From positions 331,452,001 through 331,516,000 of the forward strand of contig OZ024742.1 of assembly GCA_964016885.1 (NCBI GenBank): DNA of 64,000 nucleotides, written 5' to 3'. Of the stretch, positions 27,801 to 40,756 are shown piece by piece (positions within the stretch are counted from its first letter, which is position 1; every line of letters starts with the position of its first letter). Position numbers and translations under genes: made by a program. Source of the DNA: Eledone cirrhosa (taxonomy: Eukaryota). The notes under the pieces were generated by a model, which was not told the origin of the DNA, ran no database searches, and saw nothing but the letters and a program-made list of their open reading frames with translations.

Positions 27801-30399
27801 GGTGAACACTAAACACTGAACACTGAATATTGAAGGTTATTTTTGCAGAGGAGAGGATTTAGTGGCAGTTGGGGTGAACACTGAACACTGAACACTGAAT
27901 ATTGAAGGTTATTTTTGGCAGAAGACAATATTTAGTGGCAGTTGGGGTGAACAGTGAACATTGAATTTTGAATATTGAAGGTTATTTTTGGCAGAAGAGA
28001 GGATTTAGTGGCTGTTGGGGTGAACACTGAACAGTGAACACTGAATATTGAAGGTTATTTTTGGCAGAAGAGAGGATTTAGTGGCAGTTGGGGTGAACAC
28101 TGAACACTGAACATTGAATATTGAAGTTTATTTTTGCAGAAGAGAAGATTTAGTGGCAGTTGGGGTGAACACTGAACACTGAATATTGAAGGTTATTTTT
28201 GGCAGAAGAGTGGATTTAGTGGCAGTTGGGGTGAACACTGAACACTGAACACTGAATATTGAAGGTTATTTTTGGCAGAAGAGAGGATTTAGTGGCATTT
28301 GGGGTGAACACTGAACACTGAACACTCAATATTGAAGATTATTTTTGTCAGAAGAGAGGATTTAGTGGCAGTTGGGGTGAACACTGAACACTGATACCTG
28401 AATATTGAAGGTTATTTTTGGCAGAAGAGAGGATTTAGTGGCAGTTGGGGTGAACACTGAATATTGAAGGTTATCTTTGGCAGAAGAGAGGATTTAGTGG
28501 CAGTTGGGGTGAACACTGGACACTGAATATTGAAGGTTATTTTTGGCAGAAGAGAGGATTTAGTGGCAGTTGGGGTGAACACTGAATATTGAAGGTTATC
28601 TTTGGCAGAAGAGAGGATTTAGTGACAGTTGGGGTGAACACTGAATATTGAATATTGAAGTTTATTTTTGCAGAAGAGAGGATTTAGTGACAGTTGGGGT
28701 GAACACTGAACACTGAATATTGAATTTTGAAGGTTATTTTTGCAGAAGAGAGGATTTAGTGGCAGTTGGGGTGAACACTGAACACTGAATATTGAATATT
28801 GAAGGTTATTTTTGCAGAAGAGAGGATTTAGTGGCAGTTGGGGTGAACAATGAACACTGAACACTGAATATTGAAGGTTATTTTTGCAGAAGAGAGGATT
28901 TAGTGGCAGTTGGGGTGAACACTGAACACTGAATATTGAATATTGAAGGTTATTTTTGCAGAAGAGAGGATTTAGTGGCAGTTGGGGTGAACACTGAACA
29001 CTGAACACTGAATATTGAAGGTTATTTCTGGCAGAAGAGAGGATTTAGTGGCAGTTAGGGTGAACACTGAACACTGAATATTGAATATTGAAGGTTATTT
29101 TTTGCAGAAGAGAGGATTTAGTGGCAGTTGGGGTGAACACTGATCACTGAATATTGAAGGTTATTTTTGGCAGACGAGAGGATTTAGTGGCAGTTGGGGT
29201 GAACACTGAACACTGAATATTGAATATTGAAGGTTATTTTTGCAGAAGAGAGGATTTAGTGGCAGTTGGGGTGAACACTGAACACTGAATATTGAATATT
29301 GAAGGTTATCTTTGCAGAAGAGAGGATTTAGTGGCAGTTGGGGTGAACACTGATCACTGAATATTGAATATTGAAGGTTATTTTTGCAGAAGAGAGGATT
29401 TAGTGGCAGTTGGGGTGAACACTGAACACTGAATATTGAATATTGAAGGTTATTGTTGCATAAGAGAGGATTTAGTGGCAGTTGGGTGAACACTGAACGC
29501 TGAACACTGAATATTGAAGGTTCTTTTTGCAGAATAGAAGATTTACTGGCAGTTGGGGTGAACACTGAACACTGAATACTGAAGGTTATTTTTGCAGAAG
29601 AGAGGATTTAGTGGCCGTTGCGGTGAACACTGAACACTGAATATTGAATATTGAAGGTTATTTTTGCAGAAGAGAGGATTTAGTGGCAGTTGGGGTGAAC
29701 ACTGAACACTGAATATTGAAGGTTATTTTTGCAGAAGAGAGGATTTAGTGGCAGTTGGGGTGAACACTGAACACTGAATATTGAATATTGAAGCTTATTT
29801 TTGCATAAGAGAGGATTTAGTGGCAGTTGGGTGAACACTGAACGCTGAACACTGAATATTGAAGGTTCTTTTTGCAGAAGAAAGGATTTAGTGGCAGTTG
29901 GGGTGAACACTGAACACTGAATATTGAAGGTTATTTTTGCAGAAGAGAGGATTTATTGGCCGTTGCGGTGAACACTGAACACTGAATATTGATTATTGAA
30001 GGTTATTTTTGCAGAAGAGAGGATTTATTGGCAGTTGGGGTGAACACTGAACACTGAACACTGAACACTGAATATTGAACGTTATTTTTGGCAGAAGAGA
30101 GGATTTAGTGGCAGTTGGGGTGAACACTAAACACTGAACACTGAATATTGAAGGTTATTTTTGCAGAGGAGAGGATTTAGTGGCAGTTGGGGTGAACACT
30201 GAACACTGAACACTGAATATTGAAGGTTATTTTTGGCAGAAGACAAGATTTAGTGGCAGTTGGGGTGAACAGTGAACATTGAATTTTGAATATTGAAGGT
30301 TATTTTTGGCAGAAGAGAGGATTTAGTGGCTGTTGGGGTGAACACTGAACAGTGAACACTGAATATTGAAGGTTATTTTTGGCAGAAGATAAGATTTAG

Positions 30400-33300
30400 T
30401 GGCAGTTGGGGTGAACACTGAACACTGAATATTGAAGGTTATTTTTGGCAGAAGAGTGGATTTAGTGGCAGTTGGGGTGAACACTGAACACTGAACACTG
30501 AATATTATAGGTTATTTTTGGCAGAAGAGAGGATTTAGTGGCATTTGGGGTGAACACTGAACACTGAACACTGAATATTGAAGGTTATTTTTGGCAGAAG
30601 AGAGGATTTAGTGGCAGTTGGGGTGAACAGTGAACACTGAACACTCAATATTGAAGATTATTTTTGGTCAGAAGAGAGGATTTAGTGGCAGTTGGGGTGA
30701 ACACTGAACACTGATACCTGAATATTGAAGGTTATTTTTAGCAGAAGAGAGGATTTAGTGGCAGTTGGGGTGAACACTGAATATTGAAGGTTATCTTTGG
30801 CAGAAGAGAGGATTTAGTGGCAGTTGGGGTGAACACTGAACACTGAATATTGAAGGTTATTTTTGGCAGAAGAGAGGATTTAGTGGCAGTTGGGGTGAAC
30901 ACTGAATATTGAAGGTTATCTTTGGCAGAAGAGAGGATTTAGTGGCAGTTGGGGTGAACACTGAATATTGAATATTGAAGTTTATTTTTGCAGAAGAGAG
31001 GATTTAGTGACAGTTGGGGTGAACACTGAACACTGAATATTGAATATTGAAGGTTATTTTTGCAGAAGAGAGGATTTAGTGGCAGTTGGGGTGAACACTG
31101 AACACTGAATATTGAATATTGAAGGTTATTTTTGCAGAAGAGAGGATTTAGTGGCAGTTGGGGTGAACAATGAACACTGAACACTGAATATTGAAGGTTA
31201 TTTTTGCAGAAGAGAGGATTTAGTGGCAGTTGGGGTGAACACTGAACACTGAATATTGAATATTGAAGGTTATCTTTGCAGAAGAGAGGATTTAGTGGCA
31301 GTTGGGGTGAACACTGAACACTGAACACTGAATATTGAAGGTTATTTCTGGCAGAAGAGAGGATTTAGTGGCAGTTAGGGTGAACACTGAACACTGAATA
31401 TTGAATATTGAAGGTTATTTTTGGCAGAAGAGAGGATTTAGTGGCAGTTGGGGTGAACACTGAACACTGAATATTGAAGGTTATTTTTGCAGAAGAGTGG
31501 ATTTAGTGGCAGTTGGGGTGAACACTGAACACTGATCACTGAATATTGAAGGTTATTTTTGGCAGACGAGAGGATTTAGTGGCTGTTGGGGTGAACACTG
31601 AACACTGAATATTGAATATTGAAGGTTATTTTTGCAGAAGAGAGGATTTAGTGGCGTTGGGGTAAACACTGAACACTGAATATTGAATATTGAAGGTTAT
31701 CTTTGCAGAAGAGAGGATTTAGTGGCAGTTGGGGTGAACACTGATCACTGAATATTGAATATTGAAGGTTATTTTTGCAGAAGAGAGGATTTAGTGGCAG
31801 TTGGGGTGAACACTGAACACTGAATGTTGAATATTGAAGGTTATTTTTGCATAAGAGAGGATTTAGTGGCAGTTGGGTGAACACTGAACGCTGAACACTG
31901 AATATTGAAGGTTCTTTTTGCAGAAGAGAGGATTTAGTGGCAGTTGGGGTGAACACTGAACACTGAATATTGAAGGTTATTTTTGCAGAAGAGAGTATTT
32001 AGTGGCCGTTGCGGTGAACACTGAACACTGAATATTGAATATTGTAGGTTATTTTTGCAGAAGAGAGGATTTAGTGGCAGTTGGGGTGAACACTGAACAC
32101 TGAATATTGAATATTGAAGGTTATTTTTGCAGAAGAGAGGATTAGTGGCAGTTGGGGTTAACACTGAACACTGAATATTGAATATTGAAGGTTATTTTTG
32201 CAGAAGAGAGGATTTAGTGGCTGTTGGGGTGAACACTGAACACTGAATATTGAATATTGAAGGTTATTTTTGCAGAAGAGAGGATTTAGTGGCAGTTGGG
32301 ATGAACACTGAACACTGAATATTGAATATTGAAGGTTATTTTTGCAGAAGAGAGGATTTAGTGGCAGTTGGGGTGAACACTGAACACTGAATATTGAAGG
32401 TTATTTTTGGCAGAAGAGAGGATTTAGTGGCAGTGGGGTGAACACTGAACACTGAACACTGAATATTGAAGGTTATTTTTGGCAGAAGAGAGGATTTAGT
32501 GGCAGTTGGGGTGAACACTAAACACTGAACACTGAATATTGAAGGTTATTTTTGCAGAGGAGAGGATTTAGTGGCAGTTGGGGTGAACACTGAACACTGA
32601 ACACTGAATATTGAAGGTTATTTTTGGCAGAAGACAAGATTTAGTGGCAGTTGGGGTGAACAGTGAACATTGAATTTTGAATATTGAAGGTTATTTTTGG
32701 CAGAAGAGAGGATTTAGTGGCTGTTGGGGTGAACACTGAACAGTGAACACTGAATATTGAAGGTTATTTTTGGCAGAAGAGAGGATTTAGTGGCAGTTGG
32801 GGTGAACACTGAACACTGAACATTGAATATTGAAGGTTATTTTTGCAGAAGAGAAGATTTAGTGGCAGTTGGGGTGAACACTGAACACTGAATATTGAAG
32901 GTTATTTTTGGCAGAAGAGTGGATTTAGTGGCAGTTGGGGTGAACACTGAACACTGAACACTGAATATTGAAGGTTATTTTTGGCAGAAGAGAGGATTTA
33001 GTGGCATTTGGGGTGAACACTGAACACTGAACACTGAACACTGAATATTGAAGGTTATTTTTGGCAGAAGAGAGGATTTAGTGGCAGTTGGGGTGAACAC
33101 TGAACACTGAACACTCAATATTGAAGATTTCTTTTGTCAGAAGAGAGGATTTAGTGGCAGTTGGGGTGAACACTGAACACTGATAGCTGACTATTGAAGG
33201 TTATTTTTGGCAGAAGAGAGGATTTAGTGGCAGTTGGGGTGAACACTGAATATTGAAGGTTATCTTTGGCAGAAGAGAGGATTTAGTGGCAGTTGGGGTG

Positions 33301-36300
33301 AACACTGAACACTGAATATTGAAGGTTATTTTTGGCAGAAGAGAGGATATAGTGGCAGGTGGGGTGAACACTGAATATTGAATATTGAAGTTTATTTTTG
33401 CAGAAGAGAGGATTTAGTGACAGTTGGGGTGAACACTGAACACTGAATATTGAATATTGAAGGTTATTTTTGCAGAAGAGAGGATTTAGTGGCAGTTGAG
33501 GTGAACACTGAACACTGAATATTGAAGGTTATTTTTGGCAGAAGAGTGGATTTAGTGGCAGTTGGGGTGAACACTGAACACTGAACACTGAATATTGAAG
33601 GTTATTTTTGGCAGAAGAGAGGATTTAGTGGCATTTGGGGTGAATACTGAACACTGAACACTGAATATTGAAGGTTATTTTTGGCAGAAGAGAGGATTTG
33701 GTGGCAGTTGGGGTGAACACTGAACACTGAACACTCAATATTGAAGATTATTTTTGGTCAGAAGAGAGGATTTAGTGGCAGTTGGGGTGAACACTGAACA
33801 CTGATACCTGAATATTGAAGGTTATTTTTAGCAGAAGAGAGGATTTAGTGGCAGTTGGGGTGAACACTGAATATTGAAGGTTATCTTTGGCAGAAGAGAG
33901 GATTTAGTGGCAGTTGGGGTGAACACTGAACACTGAATATTGAAGGTTATTTTTGGCAGAAGAGAGGATTTAGTGGCAGTTGGGGTGAACACTGAATATT
34001 GAAGGTTATCTTTGGCAGAAGAGAGGATTTAGTGGCAGTTGGGGTGAACACTGAATATTGAATATTGAAGTTTATTTTTGCAGAAGAGAGGATTTAGTGA
34101 CAGTTGGGGTGAACACTGAACACTGAATATTGAATATTGAAGGTTATTTTTGCAGAAGAGAGGATTTAGTGGCAGTTGGGGTGAACACTGAACACTGAAT
34201 ATTGAATATTGAAGGTTATTTTTGCAGAAGAGAGGATTTAGTGGCAGTTGGGGTGAACAATGAACACTGAACACTGAATATTGAAGGTTATTTTTGCAGA
34301 AGAGAGGATTTAGTGGCAGTTGGGGTGAACACTGAACACTGAATATTGAATATTGAAGGTTATCTTTGCAGAAGAGAGGATTTAGTGGCAGTTGGGGTGA
34401 ACACTGAACACTGAACACTGAATATTGAAGGTTATTTCTGGCAGAAGAGAGGATTTAGTGGCAGTTAGGGTGAACACTGAACACTGAATATTGAATATTG
34501 AAGGTTATTTTTGGCAGAAGAGAGGATTTAGTGGCAGTTGGGGTGAACACTGAACACTGAATATTGAAGGTTATTTTTGCAGAAGAGTGGATTTAGTGGC
34601 AGTTGGGGTGAACACTGAACACTGATCACTGAATATTGAAGGTTATTTTTGGCAGACGAGAGGATTTAGTGGCAGTTGGGGTGAACACTGAACACTGAAT
34701 ATTGAATATTGAAGGTTATTTTTGCAGAAGAGAGGATTTAGTGGCAGTTGGGGTAAACACTGAACACTGAATATTGAATATTGAAGGTTATCTTTGCAGA
34801 AGAGAGGATTTAGTGGCAGTTGGGGTGAACACTGATCACTGAATATTGAATATTGAAGGTTATTTTTGCAGAAGAGAGGATTTAGTGGCAGTTGGGGTGA
34901 ACACTGAACACTGAATGTTGAATATTGAAGGTTATTTTTGCATAAGAGAGGATTTAGTGGCAGTTGGGTGAACACTGAACGCTGAACACTGAATATTGAA
35001 GGTTCTTTTTGCAGAAGAGAGGATTTAGTGGCAGTTGGGGTGAACACTGAACACTGAATATTGAAGGTTATTTTTGCAGAAGAGAGTATTTAGTGGCCGT
35101 TGCGGTGAACACTGAACACTGAATATTGAATATTGTAGGTTATTTTTGCAGAAGAGAGGATTTAGTGGCAGTTGGGGTGAACACTGAACACTGAATATTG
35201 AATATTGAAGGTTATTTTTGCAGAAGAGAGGATTAGTGGCAGTTGGGGTTAACACTGAACACTGAATATTGAATATTGAAGGTTATTTTTGCAGAAGAGA
35301 GGATTTAGTGGCTGTTGGGGTGAACACTGAACACTGAATATTGAATATTGAAGGTTATTTTTGCAGAAGAGAGGATTTAGTGGCAGTTGGGATGAACACT
35401 GAACACTGAATATTGAATATTGAAGGTTATTTTTGCAGAAGAGAGGATTTAGTGGCAGTTGGGGTGAACACTGAACACTGAATATTGAAGGTTATTTTTG
35501 GCAGAAGAGAGGATTTAGTGGCAGTGGGGTGAACACTGAACACTGAACACTGAACACTGAATATTGAAGGTTATTTTTGGCAGAAGAGAGGATTTAGTGG
35601 CAGTTGGGGTGAACACTAAACACTGAACACTGAATATTGAAGGTTATTTTTGCAGAGGAGAGGATTTAGTGGCAGTTGGGGTGAACACTGAACACTGAAC
35701 ACTGAATATTGAAGGTTATTTTTGGCAGAAGACAAGATTTAGTGGCAGTTGGGGTGAACAGTGAACATTGAATTTTGAATATTGAAGGTTATTTTTGGCA
35801 GAAGAGAGGATTTAGTGGCTGTTGGGGTGAACACTGAACAGTGAACACTGAATATTGAAGGTTACTTTTGGCAGAAGAGAGGATTTAGTGGCAGTTGGGG
35901 TGAACACTGAACACTGAATATTGAAGGTTATTTTTGGCAGAAGAGTGGATTTAGTGGCAGTTGGGGTGAACACTGAACACTGAACACTGAATATTGAAGG
36001 TTATTTTTGGCAGAAGAGAGGATTTAGTGGCATTTGGGGTGAACACTGAACACTGAACACTGAACACTGAATATTGAAGGTTATTTTTGGCAGAAGAGAG
36101 GATTTAGTGGCAGTTGGGGTGAACACTGAACACTGAACACTCAATATTGAAGATTTCTTTTGTCAGAAGAGAGGATTTAGTGGCAGTTGGGGTGAACACT
36201 GAACACTGATAGCTGAATATTGAAGGTTATTTTTGGCAGAAGAGCGGATTTAGTGGCAGTTGGGGTGAACACTGAATATTGAAGGTTATCTTTGGCAGAA

Positions 36301-38600
36301 GAGAGGATTTAGTGGCAGTTGGGGTGAACACTGAACACTGAATATTGAAGGTTATTTTTGGCAGAAGAGAGGATATAGTGGCAGGTGGGGTGAACACTGA
36401 ATATTGAAGGTTATCTTTGGCAGAAGAGAGGATTTAGTGGCAGTTGGGCTGAACACTGAATATTGAATATTGAAGTTTATTTTTGCAGAAGAGAGGATTT
36501 AGTGACAGTTGGGGTGAACACTGAACACTGAATATTGAATATTGAAGGTTATTTTTGCAGAAGAGAGGATTTAGTGGCAGTTGAGGTGAACACTGAACAC
36601 TGAATATTGAAGGTTATTTTTGGCAGAAGAGTGGATTTAGTGGCAGTTGGGGTGAACACTGAACACTGAACACTGAATATTGAAGGTTATTTTTGGCAGA
36701 AGAGAGGATTTAGTGGCATTTGGGGTGAATACTGAACACTGAACACTGAATATTGAAGGTTATTTTTGGCAGAAGAGAGGATTTGGTGGCAGTTGGGGTG
36801 AACACTGAACACTGAACACTCAATATTGAAGATTATTTTTGGTCAGAAGAGAGGATTTAGTGGCAGTTGGGGTGAACACTGAACACTGATACCTGAATAT
36901 TGAAGGTTATTTTTAGCAGAAGAGAGGATTTAGTGGCAGTTGGGGTGAACACTGAATATTGAAGGTTATCTTTGGCAGAAGAGAGGATTTAGTGGCAGTT
37001 GGGGTGAACACTGAACACTGAATATTGAAGGTTATTTTTGGCAGAAGAGAGGATTTAGTGGCAGTTGGGGTGAACACTGAATATTGAAGGTTATCTTTGG
37101 CAGAAGAGAGGATTTAGTGGCAGTTGGGGTGAACACTGAATATTGAATATTGAAGTTTATTTTTGCAGAAGAGAGGATTTAGTGACAGTTGGGGTGAACA
37201 CTGAACACTGAATATTGAATATTGAAGGTTATTTTTGCAGAAGAGAGGATTTAGTGGCAGTTGGGGTGAACACTGAACACTGAATATTGAATATTGAAGG
37301 TTATTTTTGCAGAAGAGAGGATTTAGTGGCAGTTGGGGTGAACAATGAACACTGAACACTGAATATTGAAGGTTATTTTTGCAGAAGAGAGGATTTAGTG
37401 GCAGTTGGGGTGAACACTGAACACTGAATATTGAATATTGAAGGTTATCTTTGCAGAAGAGAGGATTTAGTGGCAGTTGGGGTGAACACTGAACACTGAA
37501 CACTGAATATTGAAGGTTATTTCTGGCAGAAGAGAGGATTTAGTGGCAGTTAGGGTGAACACTGAACACTGAATATTGAATATTGAACGTTATTTTTGGC
37601 AGGAGAGAGGATTTAGTGGCAGTTGGGGTGAACACTGAACACTGAATATTGAAGGTTATTTTTGCAGAAGAGTGGATTTAGTGGCAGTTGGGGTGAACAC
37701 TGAACACTGATCACTGAATATTGAAGGTTATTTTTGGCAGACGAGAGGATTTAGTGGCAGTTGGGGTGAACACTGAACACTGAATATTGAATATTGAAGG
37801 TTATTTTTGCAGAAGAGAGGATTTAGTGGCAGTTGGGGTAAACACTGAACACTGAATATTGAATATTGAAGGTTATCTTTGCAGAAGAGAGGATTTAGTG
37901 GCAGTTGGGGTGAACACTGATCACTGAATATTGAATATTGAAGGTTATTTTTGCAGAAGAGAGGATTTAGTGGCAGTTGGGGTGAACACTGAACACTGAA
38001 TATTGAATATTGAAGGTTATTTTTGCATAAGAGAGGATTTAGTGGCAGTTGGGTGAACACTGAACGCTGAACACTGAATATTGAAGGTTCTTTTTGCAGA
38101 AGAGAGGATTTAGTGGCAGTTGGGGTGAACACTGAACACTGAATATTGAAGGTTATTTTTGCAGAAGAGAGGATTTAGTGGCCGTTGCGGTGAACACTGA
38201 ACACTGAATATTGAATATTGAAGGTTATTTTTGCAGAAGAGAGGATTTAGTGGCAGTTGGGGTGAACACTGAACACTGAATATTGAATATTGAAGGTTAT
38301 TTTTGCAGAAGAGAGGATTAGTGGCAGTTGGGGCTAACACTGAACACTGAATATTGAATATTGAAGGTTATTTTTGCAGAAGAGAGGATTTAGTGGCTGT
38401 TGGGGTGAACACTGAACACTGAATATTGAATATTGAAGTTATTTTTGCAGAAGAGAGGATTTAGTGGCAGTTGGGATGAACACTGAACACTGAATATTGA
38501 ATATTGAAGGTTATTTTTGCAGAAGAGAGGATTTAGTGGCAGTTGGGGTGAACACTGAACACTGAATATTGAAGGTTATTTTTGGCAGAAGAGAGGATTT
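30400..38600 (+). repeat. Higher-order repeat of about 3.09 kb, about 2.6 copies
   Basis: ORF offsets 30939->34029 (3090)->37114 (3085) and 31934->35025 (3091)->38110 (3085). Shared private variants TTTTTAGCAG, TTTCTGGC..GTTAGGG, GGGTAAAC and GATAGC. Confidence 0.88.
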
Positions 38601-40756
38601 AGTGGCAGTTGGGGTGAACACTGAACACTGAACACTGAACACTGAATATTGAATATTGAAGGTTATTTTTGCAGAAGAGAGGATTTAGTGGCAGTTGAGG
38701 TGAACACTGAACACTGAATATTGAAGGTTATTTTTGGCAGAAGAGTGGATTTAGTGGCAGTTGGGGTGAACACTGAACACTGAACACTGAATATTGAAGG
38801 TTATTTTTGGCAGAAGAGAGGATTTAGTGGCATTTGGGGTGAATACTGAACACTGAACACTGAATATTGAAGGTTATTTTTGGCAGAAGAGAGGATTTGG
38901 TGGCAGTTGGGGTGAACACTGAACACTGAACACTCAATATTGAAGATTATTTTTGGTCAGAAGAGAGGATTTAGTGGCAGTTGGGGTGAACACTGAACAC
39001 TGATACCTGAATATTGAAGGTTATTTTTAGCAGAAGAGAGGATTTAGTGGCAGTTGGGGTGAACACTGAATATTGAAGGTTATCTTTGGCAGAAGAGAGG
39101 ATTTAGTGGCAGTTGGGGTGAACACTGAACACTGAATATTGAAGGTTATTTTTGGCAGAAGAGAGGATTTAGTGGCAGTTGGGGTGAACACTGAATATTG
39201 AAGGTTATCTTTGGCAGAAGAGAGGATTTAGTGGCAGTTGGGGTGAACACTGAATATTGAATATTGAAGTTTATTTTTGCAGAAGAGAGGATTTAGTGAC
39301 AGTTGGGGTGAACACTGAACACTGAATATTGAATATTGAAGGTTATTTTTGCAGAAGAGAGGATTTAGTGGCAGTTGGGGTGAACACTGAACACTGAATA
39401 TTGAATATTGAAGGTTATTTTTGCAGAAGAGAGGATTTAGTGGCAGTTGGGGTGAACAATGAACACTGAACACTGAATATTGAAGGTTATTTTTGCAGAA
39501 GAGAGGATTTAGTGGCAGTTGGGGTGAACACTGAACACTGAATATTGAATATTGAAGGTTATCTTTGCAGAAGAGAGGATTTAGTGGCAGTTGGGGTGAA
39601 CACTGAACACTGAACACTGAATATTGAAGGTTATTTCTGGCAGAAGAGAGGATTTAGTGGCAGTTAGGGTGAACACTGAACACTGAATATTGAATATTGA
39701 ACGTTATTTTTGGCAGGAGAGAGGATTTAGTGGCAGTTGGGGTGAACACTGAACACTGAATATTGAAGGTTATTTTTGCAGAAGAGTGGATTTAGTGGCA
39801 GTTGGGGTGAACACTGAACACTGATCACTGAATATTGAAGGTTATTTTTGGCAGACGAGAGGATTTAGTGGCAGTTGGGGTGAACACTGAACACTGAATA
39901 TTGAATATTGAAGGTTATTTTTGCAGAAGAGAGGATTTAGTGGCAGTTGGGGTAAACACTGAACACTGAATATTGAATATTGAAGGTTATCTTTGCAGAA
40001 GAGAGGATTTAGTGGCAGTTGGGGTGAACACTGATCACTGAATATTGAATATTGAAGGTTATTTTTGCAGAAGAGAGGATTTAGTGGCAGTTGGGGTGAA
40101 CACTGAACACTGAATATTGAATATTGAAGGTTATTTTTGCATAAGAGAGGATTTAGTGGCAGTTGGGTGAACACTGAACGCTGAACACTGAATATTGAAG
40201 GTTCTTTTTGCAGAAGAGAGGATTTAGTGGCAGTTGGGGTGAACACTGAACACTGAATATTGAAGGTTATTTTTGCAGAAGAGAGGATTTAGTGGCCGTT
40301 GCGGTGAACACTGAACACTGAATATTGAATATTGAAGGTTATTTTTGCAGAAGAGAGGATTTAGTGGCAGTTGGGGTGAACACTGAACACTGAATATTGA
40401 ATATTGAAGGTTATTTTTGCAGAAGAGAGGATTAGTGGCAGTTGGGGCTAACACTGAACACTGAATATTGAATATTGAAGGTTATTTTTGCAGAAGAGAG
40501 GATTTAGTGGCTGTTGGGGTGAACACTGAACACTGAATATTGAATATTGAAGTTATTTTTGCAGAAGAGAGGATTTAGTGGCAGTTGGGATGAACACTGA
40601 ACACTGAATATTGAATATTGAAGGTTATTTTTGCAGAAGAGAGGATTTAGTGGCAGTTGGGGTGAACACTGAACACTGAATATTGAAGGTTATTTTTGGC
40701 AGAAGAGAGGATTTAGTGGCAGTTGGGGTGAACACTGAACACTGAACACTGAACAC
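36515..40756 (+). repeat. Tandem duplication, offset 2114 bp, with a chimeric junction monomer at about 38615-38700
   Basis: ORF pairs 37114/39228, 37728/39842 and 38110/40224 are offset by 2114. TTGAGG marker at 36581 and 38695. The private variant TTGAACGT..GCAGGAG is present in both copies. Confidence 0.92.

Noticed and set aside
762-40756. Identical 2114-bp offset in domain 1 and at 36.5-40.7 kb
   Set aside because: The two units have different monomer content and markers. With quantised monomer lengths and about 30 monomers per unit, an exact coincidence is plausible.
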